Below, one piece after another: positions 17,066 to 20,974 of a stretch of DNA of 20,974 nt. The DNA comes from Methanomicrobiales archaeon (GTDB lineage: Archaea > Halobacteriota > Methanomicrobia > Methanomicrobiales > Methanospirillaceae), in contig JBAXJR010000041.1 in NCBI GenBank assembly GCA_037137755.1, positions 1 to 20,974 of the forward strand, written 5' to 3'. The position numbers were made by a program, and so were the translations under genes. The first letter of the stretch is position 1. Each line of letters begins with the position of its first letter. Under the pieces are notes generated by a model. It was given only the letters and a program-made list of their open reading frames with translations. It was not told the DNA's origin and did not search any database.

Positions 17066-18730
17066 CTATGATATTTCCTGGATAATGCGTCCGTTGCGGA
17101 AGATCGAGATCTTTCCGCCACTTTGCGAAACGACGATCCCGATGGCGTTGGTCACCTGGGTGATCCCTGCCACCGATGCATGACGGGTCCCAAGACCCTT
17201 CGGGATCTGGACATTGCTCATCTCAATTGTGATCCGGCGAGCCGCAGCCTCGATAAGCCCATCGCCGCTGACTACAAAGGCACCATCGAGCTGGGCAAGC
17301 TCCTTGATCATCTCCCTGATCTCGCAGTTGGTGATCATCCGGCTCTCTTTTGCATGCCCCTCAAACGGGTTCAGGATCATCTGCTTCGACTTCGCCATGA
17401 CATTCTCGGTATCACCGATAATGAACGCGGTACCGACCGCTTTTCCCTCGCGTCCTTCCCGAGCGATCTCCATGCTGATATGAAAGGCCGCTTCAAATAC
17501 TTCTTCTGCGACATCGGTTCCTGCAAGCACCTTGTCTTTCCACATGGCCATGCTGATCCGTATCCGGTCATGGCCGGAATGGTTGGTAATATCATTACCA
17601 ACACAGAGGATTTCGGATATTTTTCCCGATTCATCCCGTACCGGTTTGTTCGTCCAGGCAATCCATACCGCTTCACCACCCCTTAGCACATTCTCGTTGA
17701 TGTGGATGCCCCCCTCACTCCCGGACCGTGAAAGGTCACCCATCATGCTGATCACTTCTTTTGCAGAGTGAGAGGTTGGGGAAACGATCGTGCCAACAAT
17801 ACTTTTTCCGACAACTTCTGCTGCAGACCAGCCAAAAAACGCCTGTGCAGCCTTGTTAAAGAAGGTGATGTTCCCCTCGGTATCCACCTTCAGGATAATA
17901 CTCTGCGAGTCCTGGACAAGCTCACGGTATTTTATTTCGGCCTGTTTCACCGCTTCGAGGAGCCTCACCCGTTCCGTTGTGTCCTCGGCGATAAACGTAT
18001 CCCCTTTTGCCGGGTCTGCGGGGTCTACCGGCCTGACCCTCAGGCGGCAGTTGAACGTAACTCCATCCTTCCGGCGAAGTTCCGTATCAGTATTGCCCCA
18101 CCCCTGGCCGTCTATCCGTATGGATAGTTCTCTGCAGGCACGGTCGTATTCTTCCCTTCCGGGAAAAATGACGGGCATTTCCTTATCTAAAAGTTCCCCG
18201 TCATTATACCCGAGCATTGTATGCATCGGTGTATTGACCCAGTCAAATTTCCCACTCCTGACCCGGCTGATGGCAAGCGGTGTCGCGGATAGAAGTGCAT
18301 TCAGCATCTCGTAGCGGGAGATCTGATCACGTTCCGACCGCTTCCTGAGCACAGCCTGCTTGATAATATCACGGAGCTCGGAGAGCGGGGTGCGGGCACT
18401 GACTGCCATCTCTGAAGCATAATTGATGTCTTCCAGAACGACCTTATTGCCGGGATTTCTTGCATAGAGGATGAACGGCGTGGTATTCCCCTGCTGTTTC
18501 AGGTATTTGAGGAGCTCGACGCCGTTCATGTCTCCAAGGAACTCTATCCCGTCGACGACAGGCAGGTGATAATAAGAAACAATCACATCATAGGCCCGGT
18601 TTTTCAGGACTTCGATGGCCTGTTTCGTCGAATTGACACTGTCTACCCTTACCTCACCCATCCGCTCGAGATAGGACCGTGTTGCATCAATAAGTTCAGT
18701 ATTGTCATGCACGAGAAGGACAGTAATCAT
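17066..18730 (-). CDS. Diadenylate cyclase (DisA_N/DAC domain, DacZ/CdaZ-like core) with an N-terminal pseudo-receiver and two PAS domains
   Basis: DAC: AREGREGKAVGTAFIIGD, KELAQLDGAFVV, GLGTRHAS, VVSQSGG. PAS1: WVN...MLGY...RRKDG. PAS2: DTEGNITFFN...FFGWSAAEVVGK...GNDIT. The N-terminus has a REC fold. Confidence 0.92.
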   Translation of the reverse strand: MITVLLVHDNTELIDATRSYLERMGEVRVDSVNSTKQAIEVLKNRAYDVIVSYYHLPVVDGIEFLGDMNGVELLKYLKQQGNTTPFILYARNPGNKVVLEDINYASEMAVSARTPLSELRDIIKQAVLRKRSERDQISRYEMLNALLSATPLAISRVRSGKFDWVNTPMHTMLGYNDGELLDKEMPVIFPGREEYDRACRELSIRIDGQGWGNTDTELRRKDGVTFNCRLRVRPVDPADPAKGDTFIAEDTTERVRLLEAVKQAEIKYRELVQDSQSIILKVDTEGNITFFNKAAQAFFGWSAAEVVGKSIVGTIVSPTSHSAKEVISMMGDLSRSGSEGGIHINENVLRGGEAVWIAWTNKPVRDESGKISEILCVGNDITNHSGHDRIRISMAMWKDKVLAGTDVAEEVFEAAFHISMEIAREGREGKAVGTAFIIGDTENVMAKSKQMILNPFEGHAKESRMITNCEIREMIKELAQLDGAFVVSGDGLIEAAARRITIEMSNVQIPKGLGTRHASVAGITQVTNAIGIVVSQSGGKISIFRNGRIIQEIS

Positions 18731-18822
18731 GGGGCACCTATGGCCGGGACCGGCCTGGAATAATATAGAATAATAGGGTATGAATGGATTAAATAATTAG
18801 CGTTACGGGGAAATTTGAAAAA

Positions 18823-20292
<1,470 letters not shown>

Positions 20293-20441
20293 AGGTGGTT
20301 CACCATTGACCACTCCGGACCATTGTAACTTCCAAGGATACTTGAGAATGTATGACCACTCGCAGAAAAATGAAATAATTGGCCCGTTTGATCGATGTTA
20401 CACATAGGCGCTCCCGGGTTAAGAGTGTTGGGGTGGAGGTA

Positions 20442-20620
20442 ATGAGAATATGGTTGCTGGATTTTACCATTGAGATCATCAGGACACTTGGGGAGAGAGG
20501 CGAAACCTATGACTCAATAATTCGCAGGCTAATCCAGGAAGCCGGAATGAAAAACCTTGATTCCCGGTGGAACTTTATTCTGGAAAAGGATGAATTTATT
20601 CCACTGGAAGACCTCATATG
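20442..20620 (+). pseudogene. Putative antitoxin (small DNA-binding protein); stop codon apparently lost, so the frame runs on to 20705
   Basis: GGAGGT RBS; LGERGETYDSIIRRLI...DEFIPLEDL is a typical antitoxin ending. It lies immediately upstream of the RelE-like gene. Confidence 0.6.
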
Positions 20621-20882
20621 TCCCGGGTCTTCATATCAAAAACATCTCATAAACAGTTCCATTCACTTTTCATTGAGGAACAACAGCGTATCAGGCAGGG
20701 GCTGACTACTTTTGAAGAAGACCCTTTCACCCCACGATCAGGTGCCGATATCAAATCAATCATAACAGACCGTACCAAAAAAGTACCGGTTAAGAATCGG
20801 CGAATTCAGAATTATTTATTCTATTGAAAAGGACACGGTCTTGGTTATTGAAGTATTCAGGAGTGGGCGTGATTACTCATAA
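20618..20882 (+). pseudogene. RelE/ParE-family toxin, frameshifted
   Basis: MSRVFISKT...EDPFTPRSGADIK continues, after an extra base near 20772-20782, as KKYRLRIGEFRIIYSIEKDTVLVIEVFRSGRDYS*. Confidence 0.85.
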
Positions 20883-20974
20883 TAGTCAATTCACTCATCT
20901 GTTCCCATCGACTTTGGATAATTGAAATCACAGAGTAATAGGGGATGCTCTGATGCAAGCACCGTATCAAGGGG

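Overview
Archaeal chromosomal window, most likely from a Methanomicrobiales-type methanogen (inferred from gene content, GGTGA/GGAGG RBSs and the families present; not verified). From left to right: (1) the 3' end of a probable surface/sheath-type gene whose frame continues through an in-frame TGA into an Ig-like repeat domain; (2) a decayed ~2.7 kb integrative element carrying a tyrosine recombinase broken by three single-base deletions and a 38-aa zinc-ribbon gene missed by the ORF track; (3) an intact sulfur-relay cluster, iscS-iscU-moeB/ubaA-moaD/SAMP-moaE; (4) a COG1361 S-layer-domain gene, a cupin and a thioredoxin; (5) adjacent IS630, MITE and IS256 remnants; (6) an unusual NERD nuclease-TM-CAP fusion; (7) secreted and membrane genes including DUF432-mscS and a META lipoprotein, plus an IS701 remnant; (8) a pseudo-receiver-PAS-PAS-diadenylate cyclase; (9) a DEAD-box helicase; (10) a degraded RelE-type toxin-antitoxin pair. 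The best candidates for new biology are the sensor-coupled c-di-AMP cyclase, the transmembrane NERD-CAP protein and the possible stop-readthrough extension of the first gene. All domain calls come from motif recognition by eye; no searches were run.
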